NCBI RefSeq assembly: GCF_000016745.1
Contig: NC_009483.1
Coordinates: forward strand, 4,590,001 to 4,622,000
Origin: Geotalea uraniireducens Rf4
Lineage (GTDB): Bacteria; Desulfobacterota; Desulfuromonadia; Geobacterales; Geobacteraceae
Direction: 5' to 3'
DNA length: 32,000 nucleotides
Within the stretch, counting starts at the first letter, position 1. Each line of letters starts with the position of its first letter. Shown in pieces: positions 18,085-27,327 of this stretch. A program made the translations under genes and the position numbers. Below the pieces are notes generated by a model. The model saw only the letters and a list, made by a program, of their open reading frames with translations, was not told the origin of the DNA and ran no database searches.

Positions 18085-18678
18085 CTATCCCGGTAACACG
18101 TATTGGCTCCCCCTTTTAAATCCGGTCTGTTTGAGAATCCCCTTGTCTCGCATCCGGAAAAGGAATTTTCGCGCCGGAATATCCTTCAGGTCCAATAATT
18201 CCGCGCATTGCTTTCGAGTTATAAAACCATGCCTTCGAACATAATCAAGCACCTTATCTTCAAGCAGGAGGGGTAAAGACACTTCAACCTTATCGATAGT
18301 CGACACATTCAGCGTGTAGTGAGTCCAACGGCGGGAGCTATGCTGCAAGGTGAGACCATTCTGCACAAGACCGCGAAGTTCACGGCTTGCAGTCAGTGAA
18401 TCGACATGGGCAAGCCGCTGATAATCAAAATTAGTGATCTGTTGATTGTGACGCAAGTACACCAGTGCCAGCCGCTGCCGGTCATTGAGCGGTCTGTCGG
18501 CATAGCGATTGAGCCAGGCAATAGCCTCTGTATTCATCAAGGTCAAATTGCGCATTATAACCAGAAACGAACTCCGTCGGTCCTGAAACCGCGGCGGCTC
18601 AAGATTTGCGGATCGCATTGCGCCTGTCCCGCTTTCGTTTAGATGTTCTCGAATCTCATTTCGAGTGGTGCTTGACAT
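18085..18678 (-). pseudogene. C-terminal ~195 codons of an AlbA_2/HATPase_c_4 'RecG-like' putative transcriptional regulator
   Basis: Begins within the RNxI...ESGTGxxR motif region that lies far inside full-length (~500 aa) family members. Two winged-helix-like segments follow. The N-terminal ~300 aa are absent, and a terminator hairpin lies immediately upstream. Confidence 0.55.
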
Positions 18679-18716
18679 GTCGTATTTCACCATCCGAATA
18701 CCAGATAAAATACACG

Positions 18717-18738
18717 AAAAACGCACAAAGTGCGTTTT
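18717..18738. terminator. Bidirectional terminator-like hairpin
   Basis: AAAAACGCAC-aaa-GTGCGTTTT, with T-runs on both strands. Confidence 0.45.
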
Positions 18739-18820
18739 GTAATTGATTGTGTGTTTAACCGCGTGTTTTCAACGTGTAATATGCCCCTCGCCACCGCCAT
18801 GAAGCTCTAACTCACTATCT

Positions 18821-19290
18821 TTAGACATCTTTTTTGAGTAGATGGTATGCCTGGGCTGGGGTGATCTTGCACAATTCGGCAACGTCTTCCCGTGTGATCC
18901 GTTTGTCTTTTTGTGCATCCAGTGCCGAAAGAACCATTTGGTGCTGTTGGATCTTGTCGAATCCTTTCGTCCTCACATAGCCTGAAACATCTCGCCACGG
19001 GCTGATCAGCCCGCGTTCAAGAAGGCGTTCCAGCACCCTTTTCCCTTCTGAGGCGCCTTTCTGGATAACCTTGGAAACTTGATCGGAATCAATTCTTCGC
19101 TCGACAAAGAGGGTATTCAAGACAATCAATTCATACAATACAAACGGCCTTCCCGCCTTATCCTCTTCATAAACAAAGGATGCAAATTTCAGTGACGGCT
19201 CACCGCCATTCAGAATGACACGGACTCCACTCGCCTGGCTCCTGATTATGCCCGTAGCTACACAAGCAACATATTCATGTAATAATTCTA
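18821..19290 (-). pseudogene. Second, paralogous remnant of a RecG-like/wHTH regulator (no start, frameshifted 3' end)
   Basis: The frame is open from just after the Bro-N gene stop: ...VLYELIVLNTLFVERRIDSDQV...RVLERLLERGLI...YVRTKGFDKIQQHQMVL...ITREDVAELCKITPAQAYHLLKK. There is no plausible start. After the A6 run (18829-18834) the family-like ending (MSKDSELELHGGGEGHITR) continues in another frame. Confidence 0.5.
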
Positions 19291-20148
19291 TTACTTTTTC
19301 TTACCCGTCCCGATCTTCCGCTTCTTTACTTCCGGTATCTCCTTGAAATTCTCCCGCGTTGATACCCGTTTCCCCGATTTCCGCTCCAGGTCTTTTCTGG
19401 CGCTACCAGCCACGGTACCACCTTCAACGGCCGCATCCAGGTTTTCATCAAATTCCTGGGCATCACGATTCCTGGCAATCTCGGTGGTGGAAGCCTCACC
19501 CAGCATGGTGAAAATCAATTCAAGGTCGGTCATGTGGTCCCGCAGGTTGTCCCGCTGTTTCTCCAGCCCTTTGAACTCCTTATACTCCGACGGGGTCATA
19601 CCAAAGGTGGCCCGGCTAATCTCGGCGGTGAGGATGGAGTATTCCCGCTGCTCCTTTACCCCGCGCTTCTGCCATTCGTTGGTCAGCTCGTCGCGAATGG
19701 CAATGCCGCGCACACGCTTTTCGATCCATTCGTCGCTGTACCCTTTGGCCTTGTACAGCTCACGCATCCGTTTTGCTGTCAGTTCCGGGTTCTCTATCTC
19801 TTCCAGCCGTTCGTATCCCACCCGCGCCAGCCAGCGTTTGAACGGTTCGGCCTTAGGGGAAGGTATCGACTGGATGAGCCGTAACAGCTGTTCCGTGTCA
19901 GCAACATCGGTCAGATAATACTTGCCGTCCGCTGCCTGCATTTTCAGTTGTCCCATTTTTGGGGACAACTCACTACCCTCACTGATCAGCTTGGTTTTTA
20001 AGGCATTCCAGTATTTTCTTGGGCGTGGGCTTTCTGTCAATATCTCAATCACATCCACTATTGAAAAATACCATTTGCCCTTTTCCGCATCCCATAACGA
20101 ACGGATCTTCTTTGACTCGAACAGCTTTATCGCAGTTTCATGGGTCAT
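19291..20148 (-). CDS. Bro-N domain / DinD-like (DNA-damage-inducible protein D family) protein
   Basis: N-terminal Bro-N pattern (FESKKIRSLWDAEKGKWYFSIVDVIEILTES). The C-terminal half resembles E. coli DinD (RDHMTDLELIFTMLGEASTTEIAR...). ATG 20148 with SD AAAGAGGG is preferred over GTG 20172. Confidence 0.8.
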   Translation of the reverse strand: MTHETAIKLFESKKIRSLWDAEKGKWYFSIVDVIEILTESPRPRKYWNALKTKLISEGSELSPKMGQLKMQAADGKYYLTDVADTEQLLRLIQSIPSPKAEPFKRWLARVGYERLEEIENPELTAKRMRELYKAKGYSDEWIEKRVRGIAIRDELTNEWQKRGVKEQREYSILTAEISRATFGMTPSEYKEFKGLEKQRDNLRDHMTDLELIFTMLGEASTTEIARNRDAQEFDENLDAAVEGGTVAGSARKDLERKSGKRVSTRENFKEIPEVKKRKIGTGKKK

Positions 20149-20164
20149 TGTCGCAATCCCTCTT

Positions 20165-20293
20165 TCACTCACCCTTGATCACCAGCCACGTGACCAGTTC
20201 AAAATCTTCCGCCCCATGAGGTAGTCCTTCAGGAAGTCGCCAACCTTGCTCGAGAGCGGTTGTCTTTATGGCTGACTGAGCTGCGGTAGACAT
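20165..20293 (-). CDS. Small hypothetical ORF (42 aa) upstream of the Bro-N gene
   Basis: ATG 20293 with GGAGGG 6 nt upstream. Product is MSTAAQSAIKTTALEQGWRLPEGLPHGAEDFELVTWLVIKGE. Its stop lies 17 nt before the Bro-N ATG. No family recognised. Confidence 0.3.
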   Translation of the reverse strand: MSTAAQSAIKTTALEQGWRLPEGLPHGAEDFELVTWLVIKGE

Positions 20294-20420
20294 GGAAAAC
20301 CCTCCGAATAAGCCATTCAGTTTTATCAGAATCCCCCGGCATTTTCCAATAAAAACGCCGAGATATTCATTTGTCGACGGAGGTGGCTGATATGTTGGCG
20401 GGACAGGAGATAAAAAAGGG

Positions 20421-20467
20421 GAAAAAAGACCCGGCCCCCTCTGGAGGGGGAAGTATGGAGGCCGGGG
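20421..20467 (-). terminator. Intrinsic terminator ending the dcw/ftsZ transcript
   Basis: Minus strand reads CCCGGCC...CCCCCT-ccag-AGGGGGCCGGG followed by TCTTTTTTCCCCTTTTTT, ~130 nt after the ftsZ stop. Confidence 0.7.
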
Positions 20468-20597
20468 AATGAAAGCCTCGCCGGTGGCAGGGGGGCCGCC
20501 ACCGGTTAATTTTTACGACCTGAAGTTAGACGATTACAGTCCAACGGAACGCGATTTTTTCGTCAGGGCAAGGCCCCCTTCGGAAAAGACGCGTTCC

Positions 20598-21749
20598 TTA
20601 ATCCACGGATTTGCGGAGGAAAGTCGGGATGTCGTACTGATCCTCGTCCTCCATCATAAAGCTGCGCTGGCGGGAAAAGGTCTCGCGCTGCTGCTTTTCC
20701 CTGATGAAGGTCGGGATCTCGCGATTAACCTCGCTCCTGTTGATGAGCGGCGCGACGTTTTTCATTTCCTGCCGGCTCTTCTCCATGTCGAAGCGGTCAC
20801 CGAAGCCGGTGGCGATAGCGGTCACCTTGATGACGTCGCCCAGCTCTTCGTCGATGACGAGGCCGACGATGATGTTGGCATCCTCATGGACTTTTTCGTG
20901 GATGATGCGGCTGGCTGCGTCAAACTCATCCATGGTCATGGCCGAGGAACCGGAAATATTGACGAGCACCCCTTTCGCCCCGGAAATATCGATGTCTTCC
21001 AGGAGCGGGCTGGAAATAGCCCGGGTGGCGGCGTCAACAGCCCGATTTTCGCCGGAGCCCATGCCGATTCCCATCATGGCCATGCCGCGCTCGCTCATGA
21101 TCGCCTTGACGTCGGCAAAGTCCACGTTGATGAGGCCCGATGTGGTTATAAGGTCGGAAATACCCTGCACGGCCTGGCGCAGGACATCGTCGGACGGCTT
21201 GAAGGCGTCGAGAATCGACATGGACTTGCCGGCCAGCCCGAGTAAGCGGTCGTTGGGAATGACGATGAGTGAATCAACGTGCTTCTTCAATTCCTTGATG
21301 CCGTCCTCACCTTTTGCCAGGCGCTGCCGACCTTCGCGACTGAACGGCTTTGTAACCACGCCGACGGTCAGCGCCCCCATGCTCCTTGCCACTTCGGCGA
21401 TGATCGGTGCGGCTCCGGTTCCGGTGCCGCCACCCATGCCGGCAGCAATGAAGATCATGTCGGCGCCCTTGAGCGATTCAGCCAGCTTGTCCCGGTCCTC
21501 CAGGGCCGCCTCTCTCCCCACGGAAGGATTCGCCCCGGCCCCAAGCCCTTTGGTCAGCTGACCGCCGATCTGGATCTTCAACGGTGCCTTGGATGAACGC
21601 AGAGCCTGCGCATCGGTGTTGGCGACGATAAAATCAACACCGTGGACATTGCTGCTGATCATGGTATTGACTGCATTGCCGCCGCTCCCACCTACCCCGA
21701 TTACCTTGATCTTCGCACTCTGGTCAATGCTCTCGTCAAATTCAAACAT
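20598..21749 (-). CDS. ftsZ: Cell division GTPase FtsZ
   Basis: GGGTGTG tubulin signature and a full-length FtsZ sequence. Confidence 0.96.
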   Translation of the reverse strand: MFEFDESIDQSAKIKVIGVGGSGGNAVNTMISSNVHGVDFIVANTDAQALRSSKAPLKIQIGGQLTKGLGAGANPSVGREAALEDRDKLAESLKGADMIFIAAGMGGGTGTGAAPIIAEVARSMGALTVGVVTKPFSREGRQRLAKGEDGIKELKKHVDSLIVIPNDRLLGLAGKSMSILDAFKPSDDVLRQAVQGISDLITTSGLINVDFADVKAIMSERGMAMMGIGMGSGENRAVDAATRAISSPLLEDIDISGAKGVLVNISGSSAMTMDEFDAASRIIHEKVHEDANIIVGLVIDEELGDVIKVTAIATGFGDRFDMEKSRQEMKNVAPLINRSEVNREIPTFIREKQQRETFSRQRSFMMEDEDQYDIPTFLRKSVD

Positions 21750-21804
21750 TCGCTACCCCCTTTCTTGACTTTCACTGTATTGTATTTAAAAAATCATCAA
21801 CAAC

Positions 21805-23040
21805 TCAAAAGAACTCTCCGAACCACTCCTTCATTCTTCTGCTCACCTTGCGGAAGATGTTGTCCTCGCTCTGGGCTGAGGGGAACTCGTGAACCCCGAC
21901 ATTTTTGCTGCCATAGACCACAAGTCCGACACCTGTTGCATAGGCCGGCGAATTCACCACGTCGACCAGACCGCCGATGCGCTGCGGCAATCCTCTGCGC
22001 ACCGGCAGGTTGAACACCTGCTCGGCAAGCTCGGGCATCCCTTCGAGAATGGTGCTGCCACCCGTGATTACCACCCCGGAGGCGATCAGATCCTCTAAAC
22101 CCGACTTGACGATCTCCCGGTTCACCAGGGTGAATATTTCTTCAACCCGAGGTTCAAGGATTTCCGACAAGAGCTGCCGGGAGAGTATCCGCGGCTTTCT
22201 GCCGCCGACGCTCGGCACTTCGATGGTTTCGTCCTTGCCGACCAGGGAGGCCATGCAGCAACCATACTTCTGCTTGATCTTCTCAGCTTCAGCCATCGGC
22301 GTTCTGAGTCCCACGGCGATATCGTTGGTCAGATGATTTCCCCCGAGCGACAGCACGGAAGTGTGCTTGATGGCGCCGTCCACGAAAATGGCGATATCCG
22401 TGGTTCCCCCGCCGACATCGACCAGTGCCACTCCCAGCTCCTTTTCGTCGGCAGAAAGAACCGCCTCGGACGAAGCGAGCTGCTCAAGGACGATATCCGC
22501 CACGTCAAGTCCGGCGCGGTTGCATGACTTGATGATGTTCTGGGCACTGGCAACGGCACCGGTGACGATATGCACCTTGGCCTCCAGCCTGACGCCGCTC
22601 ATGCCCAGCGGTTCGCGGATGCCGTCCTGGTCGTCGATGATGAATTCCTGGGGAAGGATATGAATAACCTCACGGTCCATGGGAATGGCGATCGCCTTGG
22701 CCGCATCGATGACCCTTTTCACGTCATCCGAGCAGACCTCGCGGTTCTTGATGGCAATCACCCCTTGAGAGTTGAATCCCTTGATGTGGCCACCGGCTAT
22801 GCCGGCATATACCGACTTGATTTCGCAGCCTGCCATCAGCTCAGCCTCTTCCACCGCCTTTCTGATGGAAGCTACCGTGCTCTCGATATTGATGACCACT
22901 CCCTTGCGCAGTCCCCGGGAGGGGCTTGTGCCGATCCCGACAATATCGATACCTTCTTCAGTGAGATTGCCGACTATTGCGCAGATCTTCGTGGTGCCGA
23001 TGTCGAGTCCTACAATCAGATTATCCCTTTTAGCGGACAT
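21805..23040 (-). CDS. ftsA: Cell division protein FtsA
   Basis: Actin-like ATPase (VGLDIGTTKICAIVG..., DVGGGTTDIAIF) positioned between ftsQ and ftsZ. Confidence 0.95.
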   Translation of the reverse strand: MSAKRDNLIVGLDIGTTKICAIVGNLTEEGIDIVGIGTSPSRGLRKGVVINIESTVASIRKAVEEAELMAGCEIKSVYAGIAGGHIKGFNSQGVIAIKNREVCSDDVKRVIDAAKAIAIPMDREVIHILPQEFIIDDQDGIREPLGMSGVRLEAKVHIVTGAVASAQNIIKSCNRAGLDVADIVLEQLASSEAVLSADEKELGVALVDVGGGTTDIAIFVDGAIKHTSVLSLGGNHLTNDIAVGLRTPMAEAEKIKQKYGCCMASLVGKDETIEVPSVGGRKPRILSRQLLSEILEPRVEEIFTLVNREIVKSGLEDLIASGVVITGGSTILEGMPELAEQVFNLPVRRGLPQRIGGLVDVVNSPAYATGVGLVVYGSKNVGVHEFPSAQSEDNIFRKVSRRMKEWFGEFF

Positions 23041-23099
23041 ACCCCCCCCTTTTCTTCTCTAAGGAACTGTAAACAAATAACATGGGCAATTTACAGCTC

Positions 23100-23927
23100 C
23101 TAAGCCTTTTTCACTATTATCTTGTCGCTGTAATCAAGGTCAATGTATTCAAGAGCCGACATCTGCGGTTGCAGATCCCGGTAGATTCTGGCAAGACGGC
23201 TAAGTTTTTCGCTGAAACCGCCGTTGCCCAGCTTCACCGGCACCCCGCCCGAGGCGGTAAAGATGGTAAAGCCGTAACCTTTATCGAAGTGTATCTCTGA
23301 AACATCATCCAGCCTGAAATCCGTCCGCGACTTCAGTTGCGCAATCAGCTCCAGCGTCGTCTTCAGCGTCGCCTTGGAACCTGACGGGTCTTTGGCAATA
23401 TCCTCTTCGGTTATGCCGGTAAGCACGGGATAATCGAGCCGATCCCCTTCGGTAAGGGGCTTGAACAATTCTCCCTTGTTGTCCAGGTAGTAGAGATACC
23501 CCATGTTGACCACCGCCACCGGCTCACGCTCCGCCACCTCGATGGTAAGTGTGCCGGGGAAATATCGCCTGACCTTTACCTGGGCTATCCAGGGGTTTTT
23601 CGCTATCTGCTCGCCGATGCTCTTAAGCCTCAAGGCCAGCATTGCATCCCCTTCCTTCACACCGGCCAGGGCAACGACCTCCTGCCGGCTCAGCTTCTTG
23701 AGATTGGACACCTCGATCCGCTCCAACCGCAGAAATGTAGTCCGGGCAATCAGCCGGTACATCTCGTACCCAACGAATCCGGTCAGTGAAACGAGTGCCG
23801 CTCCGCACACTACCTTCGCCGACTTCCTGAAAATACTCCGGAAATTAATCGGCTTGCGCGGCTTCGGCGGTTTTTTCAGCCGGTTTTGCGAGGTCGGTCG
23901 CTGTTTTTTCTTGTGCAGATCGCGCAT
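23100..23927 (-). CDS. ftsQ: Cell division protein FtsQ
   Basis: Basic N-terminus, a single TM segment and POTRA/FtsQ domains (IEVSNLKKLSRQEV...PGTLTIEVAEREPVAVV). dcw context. Confidence 0.85.
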   Translation of the reverse strand: MRDLHKKKQRPTSQNRLKKPPKPRKPINFRSIFRKSAKVVCGAALVSLTGFVGYEMYRLIARTTFLRLERIEVSNLKKLSRQEVVALAGVKEGDAMLALRLKSIGEQIAKNPWIAQVKVRRYFPGTLTIEVAEREPVAVVNMGYLYYLDNKGELFKPLTEGDRLDYPVLTGITEEDIAKDPSGSKATLKTTLELIAQLKSRTDFRLDDVSEIHFDKGYGFTIFTASGGVPVKLGNGGFSEKLSRLARIYRDLQPQMSALEYIDLDYSDKIIVKKA

Positions 23928-23937
23928 GGTAGAAACC

Positions 23938-24022
23938 GGTCGATGGTTGATGGTCTATGGTTAATAGTGAATCGCTGATAGGAGCCAGGCAGTCATCAAC
24001 CATCCGCTATCAACCATCCACC
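23938..24022. repeat. Inverted pair of degenerate heptamer arrays in the ddl-ftsQ spacer
   Basis: GGTCGAT GGTTGAT GGTCTAT GGTTAAT (23938-23965) faces ATCAACC ATCCGCT ATCAACC ATCCACC (23995-24022). GATGGTTGATG and CATCAACCATC form a perfect 11-bp complement. Confidence 0.85.
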
Positions 24023-24029
24023 GCTTCAA

Positions 24030-24962
24030 CTACTGGCTTATTTTCAACGCCGCGGCAGCAAGGATTCTTTCCACCAGATCTTCGAATCCTATTCCCGAGC
24101 CGCGGGCTATCTCCGGCAACAGGCTCAGATCGGTCATCCCGGGCAAGGTATTGACCTCCAGGATATAGCATGCCCCTTCCTCCGTGACGAGGAAATCGAC
24201 CCGGCTGTAACCGCTGCAGCCCAGGGCACGGTGTGCATCTTCTCCTGCCCGCAGCACTTTTCGGTAAAGCTCTGCCGGCAGTCGGGCGGGGAGAATATGC
24301 TCGGCCATGCCGGGAGAGTATTTTGCATCGAAATCATAGAATTCGTTTTTCGGTACGATCTCAATGGCCCCGAGCGCCTTGTCTTCAAGGATACCCACCT
24401 GGACCTCGCTCCCCTTGATGAATTGCTCGACGAGGATTTCACGGTCGTACCTGAAGGCCTCCTTCATGGCAGCGGCAAATTCCGACTCCTTCTTAACGAT
24501 GCTGACACCAACCGAAGAACCTTCCTGCGATGGCTTTACCACGACGGGAAGAGAAAATTCGAGCTCGGCAAGAGCGGCCTTATCGCCTCGGCAAAACACC
24601 TTGTACGGGGCTACGGTCAGTCTGGCCGCCTGAAAAGCCTGTTTGGCAAAAATCTTGTTCATGGCAAGGGCACTGGCAAGGACGCCGGAACCGGTATAGG
24701 GTATTCCCATGATTTCCAGAAGACCCTGGATAGCGCCATCCTCACCATAGCGGCCGTGGAGAGCTATAAATGCCACATCCACCCATTCCCTGACGAGCAC
24801 CTGGGCGATATCGCGGTCAACGTCTATGGCAACGGCATCGTAGCCCCTTGCCAGAAGCGCCTGGTGAACGGCTGCGCCGCTTTTCAGGGACACCTCGCGC
24901 TCCGCCGACAGTCCCCCCATCAGCACGCCTATTTTTTTTGTTTTCAGTTCATCAACTGTCAT
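24030..24962 (-). CDS. ddl: D-alanine--D-alanine ligase
   Basis: Full Ddl sequence from [34 protein letters not shown] precedes ATG 24962. The longer ORF-track form only adds translated repeat DNA. Confidence 0.9.
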   Translation of the reverse strand: MTVDELKTKKIGVLMGGLSAEREVSLKSGAAVHQALLARGYDAVAIDVDRDIAQVLVREWVDVAFIALHGRYGEDGAIQGLLEIMGIPYTGSGVLASALAMNKIFAKQAFQAARLTVAPYKVFCRGDKAALAELEFSLPVVVKPSQEGSSVGVSIVKKESEFAAAMKEAFRYDREILVEQFIKGSEVQVGILEDKALGAIEIVPKNEFYDFDAKYSPGMAEHILPARLPAELYRKVLRAGEDAHRALGCSGYSRVDFLVTEEGACYILEVNTLPGMTDLSLLPEIARGSGIGFEDLVERILAAAALKISQ

Positions 24963-24992
24963 GTCCTTACCATCACTTTCGAACGACTTTAT

Positions 24993-25048
24993 CGACCATC
25001 GACCATCGACCATCGACCATCGACCATCGACCATCAGCCATCGACCGT
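24993..25048. repeat. Tandem heptamer array (CGACCAT)x6 plus 2 degenerate units in the murB-ddl spacer
   Basis: Six perfect CGACCAT units (24993-25034), then CAGCCAT and CGACCGT. The array ends 4 nt before the murB stop codon. Confidence 0.95.
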
Positions 25049-25051
25049 TTA

Positions 25052-25954
25052 TCAATCCACACCGACGATCCGCACTTCCTCTTCCAAATCTATCCCGCTC
25101 CGTTCCCGGACCTTTGACTTTATGACCTGCGCCAGTTGCAGAAAATCCGCCGCCATGGCCCCGCCGCGATTGACGAGGAAGTTGGTGTGGACCTCCGAAA
25201 CCTGGGCACCGCCGATTTGGCAACCTCGCAGCCCCGCCTCATCTATCAGGCGCCAGGCCTGTTTCCCCTCCGGGTTTTTAAAGAACGAACCGGCATTGGG
25301 ATAGCCGACCCTCTGGCTGTTGCGCCGATGTTCGAGATAGCCTTGAATTCTGCCTTCAATCTCCTCGGCATCTCCTGCGGCAAGGGAAAATACGGCAGCG
25401 AGAACGATCTCGCCAGGTTTCAGCTCCAGGTGGCGATATCCGTATCTGAGGTCTTCCCGGAAAGTAACGGTTATCTTGCCTCCCTGCAACGTTGTCAGGC
25501 TTTCCACCAGCTCCAGCACCGACCGGCCGTGGGCACCGGCATTCACGCTGAGCGCACCGCCGACCATGCCGGGTATCCCGCTGAGAAACTCCAGGCCCGT
25601 CAGCCCCTGCCCGTTGGCAAAACGTACGAGCTGCTGGTTGGTGCTCCCTGCCTCGGCACGTAAGCGGTTATCCGGAAGTTTTTCCATGCTGCAAAACTGC
25701 TTCAGAGAAATCACTACCCCCCTGAAACCGCCATCCCTGACCAGCAGATTATAGCCGCCGCCGACAACCAGATACGGCATCCCCATCTCGAGGATAACGG
25801 CCATGAGCGACTGGAGGTCGGACGGATCTGCGGGGATGGCGAAGAAATCAGCCGGACCACCCACCTTCAGCGCGGTATGCCGTGCCATCGGCTCATTGAA
25901 CCGTAACTCGCCGCGCAACGCCGCAACCAGTCGTGTACGGGTATCGTCTGTCAA
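25052..25954 (-). CDS. murB: UDP-N-acetylenolpyruvoylglucosamine reductase
   Basis: FAD-binding MurB sequence ([12 protein letters not shown]..., GGGYNLL). 4-nt overlap with murC. Confidence 0.9.
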   Translation of the reverse strand: MTDDTRTRLVAALRGELRFNEPMARHTALKVGGPADFFAIPADPSDLQSLMAVILEMGMPYLVVGGGYNLLVRDGGFRGVVISLKQFCSMEKLPDNRLRAEAGSTNQQLVRFANGQGLTGLEFLSGIPGMVGGALSVNAGAHGRSVLELVESLTTLQGGKITVTFREDLRYGYRHLELKPGEIVLAAVFSLAAGDAEEIEGRIQGYLEHRRNSQRVGYPNAGSFFKNPEGKQAWRLIDEAGLRGCQIGGAQVSEVHTNFLVNRGGAMAADFLQLAQVIKSKVRERSGIDLEEEVRIVGVD

Positions 25955-27327
25955 AGATCTCCCTTAAGCTTCTCCACCAGCGTTTCACCCACCTGCCAGA
26001 TGTTGCCTGCGCCGAGGGTGATGACGATGTCGCCCGGCTTGACGATGCCGAGCAAATGGTCGCATACGGCATTCCGGTCGGCGATATAGGTCACGTCCTT
26101 CTGGCCATGTCGCTTTATCCGTGCTGCCAGAGACTCTGCCGTAATCCCCTCGATCGGCTTTTCGCCGGCAGGGTATATATCGGTCAGGATGAGAATATCT
26201 GCATCATAAAACGCCTTGACGAACTCCTCGAACAGTTCCTTGGTACGGGAATAGCGATGGGGCTGGAATGCCACCACCAGCCGTCGATCCCACCCCCCCT
26301 TGGCCGCCGCCAGGGTCGCCCTGATCTCGGTCGGATGATGGCCGTAATCATCCACCACCATGATGTCGCGCACTTCCCCTTTGACCTGGAAACGACGCCC
26401 CACGCCGCCAAACGCCTTGAATCCGGCCTGGATCTCGGCAAAGGGGATATTCAACTCCATGGCCACGGCAATGGTCGCCAGGGCGTTGAGCACGTTGTGC
26501 GCTCCCGGCATGCTGAAGGTTATTTCCCCGAGCAGCGTTCCCTTGTAATGGGCGACAAAGGAGGTCGTGAATCCGGTGTGCCTGACGTCGGTGGCGCGGA
26601 AATCGGCCTGAGTCGACAAGCCATAGGTATTGAAGCGTTTTTTCACCAGAGGGATGATGTCGGCAATGTTGCCGTTGTCCAGGCAAAGCACTGCAAGACC
26701 GTAAAAGGGGACCTTGTTGATGAACTGGACAAAGGTATCCTTGATTTCGTCGATGTCTTTATAGAAATCCAGATGATCCGCGTCGATGTTGGTAACCACC
26801 GCAATGGTCGGCGACAGTTTCAAAAATGAGCCGTCCGATTCATCGGCCTCGGCAACCAGGAATTGCCCCTGGCCGAGGCGGGCGTTGGTACCGATGGAAT
26901 TGAGCCGTCCGCCGATGACGATGGTCGGATCAATCCCCCCTTTTGCCAGGATGGTGGCCACCATGGAGGTGGTGGTGGTCTTGCCGTGGGTGCCGGCAAT
27001 GGCTATGCCGTACTTCATCCGCATCAGTTCTGCAAGCATCTCGGCGCGGGGAATGACCGGTATCAGCCGTTCCATGGCCTCCACCACTTCAGGGTTGTCA
27101 TCATGGACTGCGCTGGAAATGACCACGACATCGACATTGGCCACATTCTCCCGGGCATGACCGATGAAGATCTCACCGCCGAGCCCTTCCAGACGTTCGG
27201 TGATCTCCGTTTTCCTGAGGTCCGAGCCGGACACCTTGTAGCCGAGGTTGAGGAGCACTTCGGCAATTCCGCTCATGCCGATGCCGCCGATGCCGACAAA
27301 ATGTATTTTTTCTATTTTTCCGTACAC
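25951..27327 (-). CDS. murC: UDP-N-acetylmuramate--L-alanine ligase
   Basis: [30 protein letters not shown]-terminus and GTHGKTTT P-loop. Confidence 0.93.
   Translation of the reverse strand: MYGKIEKIHFVGIGGIGMSGIAEVLLNLGYKVSGSDLRKTEITERLEGLGGEIFIGHARENVANVDVVVISSAVHDDNPEVVEAMERLIPVIPRAEMLAELMRMKYGIAIAGTHGKTTTTSMVATILAKGGIDPTIVIGGRLNSIGTNARLGQGQFLVAEADESDGSFLKLSPTIAVVTNIDADHLDFYKDIDEIKDTFVQFINKVPFYGLAVLCLDNGNIADIIPLVKKRFNTYGLSTQADFRATDVRHTGFTTSFVAHYKGTLLGEITFSMPGAHNVLNALATIAVAMELNIPFAEIQAGFKAFGGVGRRFQVKGEVRDIMVVDDYGHHPTEIRATLAAAKGGWDRRLVVAFQPHRYSRTKELFEEFVKAFYDADILILTDIYPAGEKPIEGITAESLAARIKRHGQKDVTYIADRNAVCDHLLGIVKPGDIVITLGAGNIWQVGETLVEKLKGDL

Noticed and set aside
20481-20505. Hairpin CCGGTGGC-N9-GCCACCGG between the ftsZ stop and the dcw terminator
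   Set aside because: No U-tract follows on the ftsZ strand. The T-run follows only on the plus strand, where no upstream gene exists. The real terminator appears to be the next structure (20421-20467).
24963-25223. 87-codon N-terminal extension of the ddl ORF in the ORF track (…[17 protein letters not shown]…)
   Set aside because: The extension is the translated heptamer array plus the antisense 3' end of murB. The canonical Ddl N-terminus ([17 protein letters not shown]) with an SD begins at 24962.
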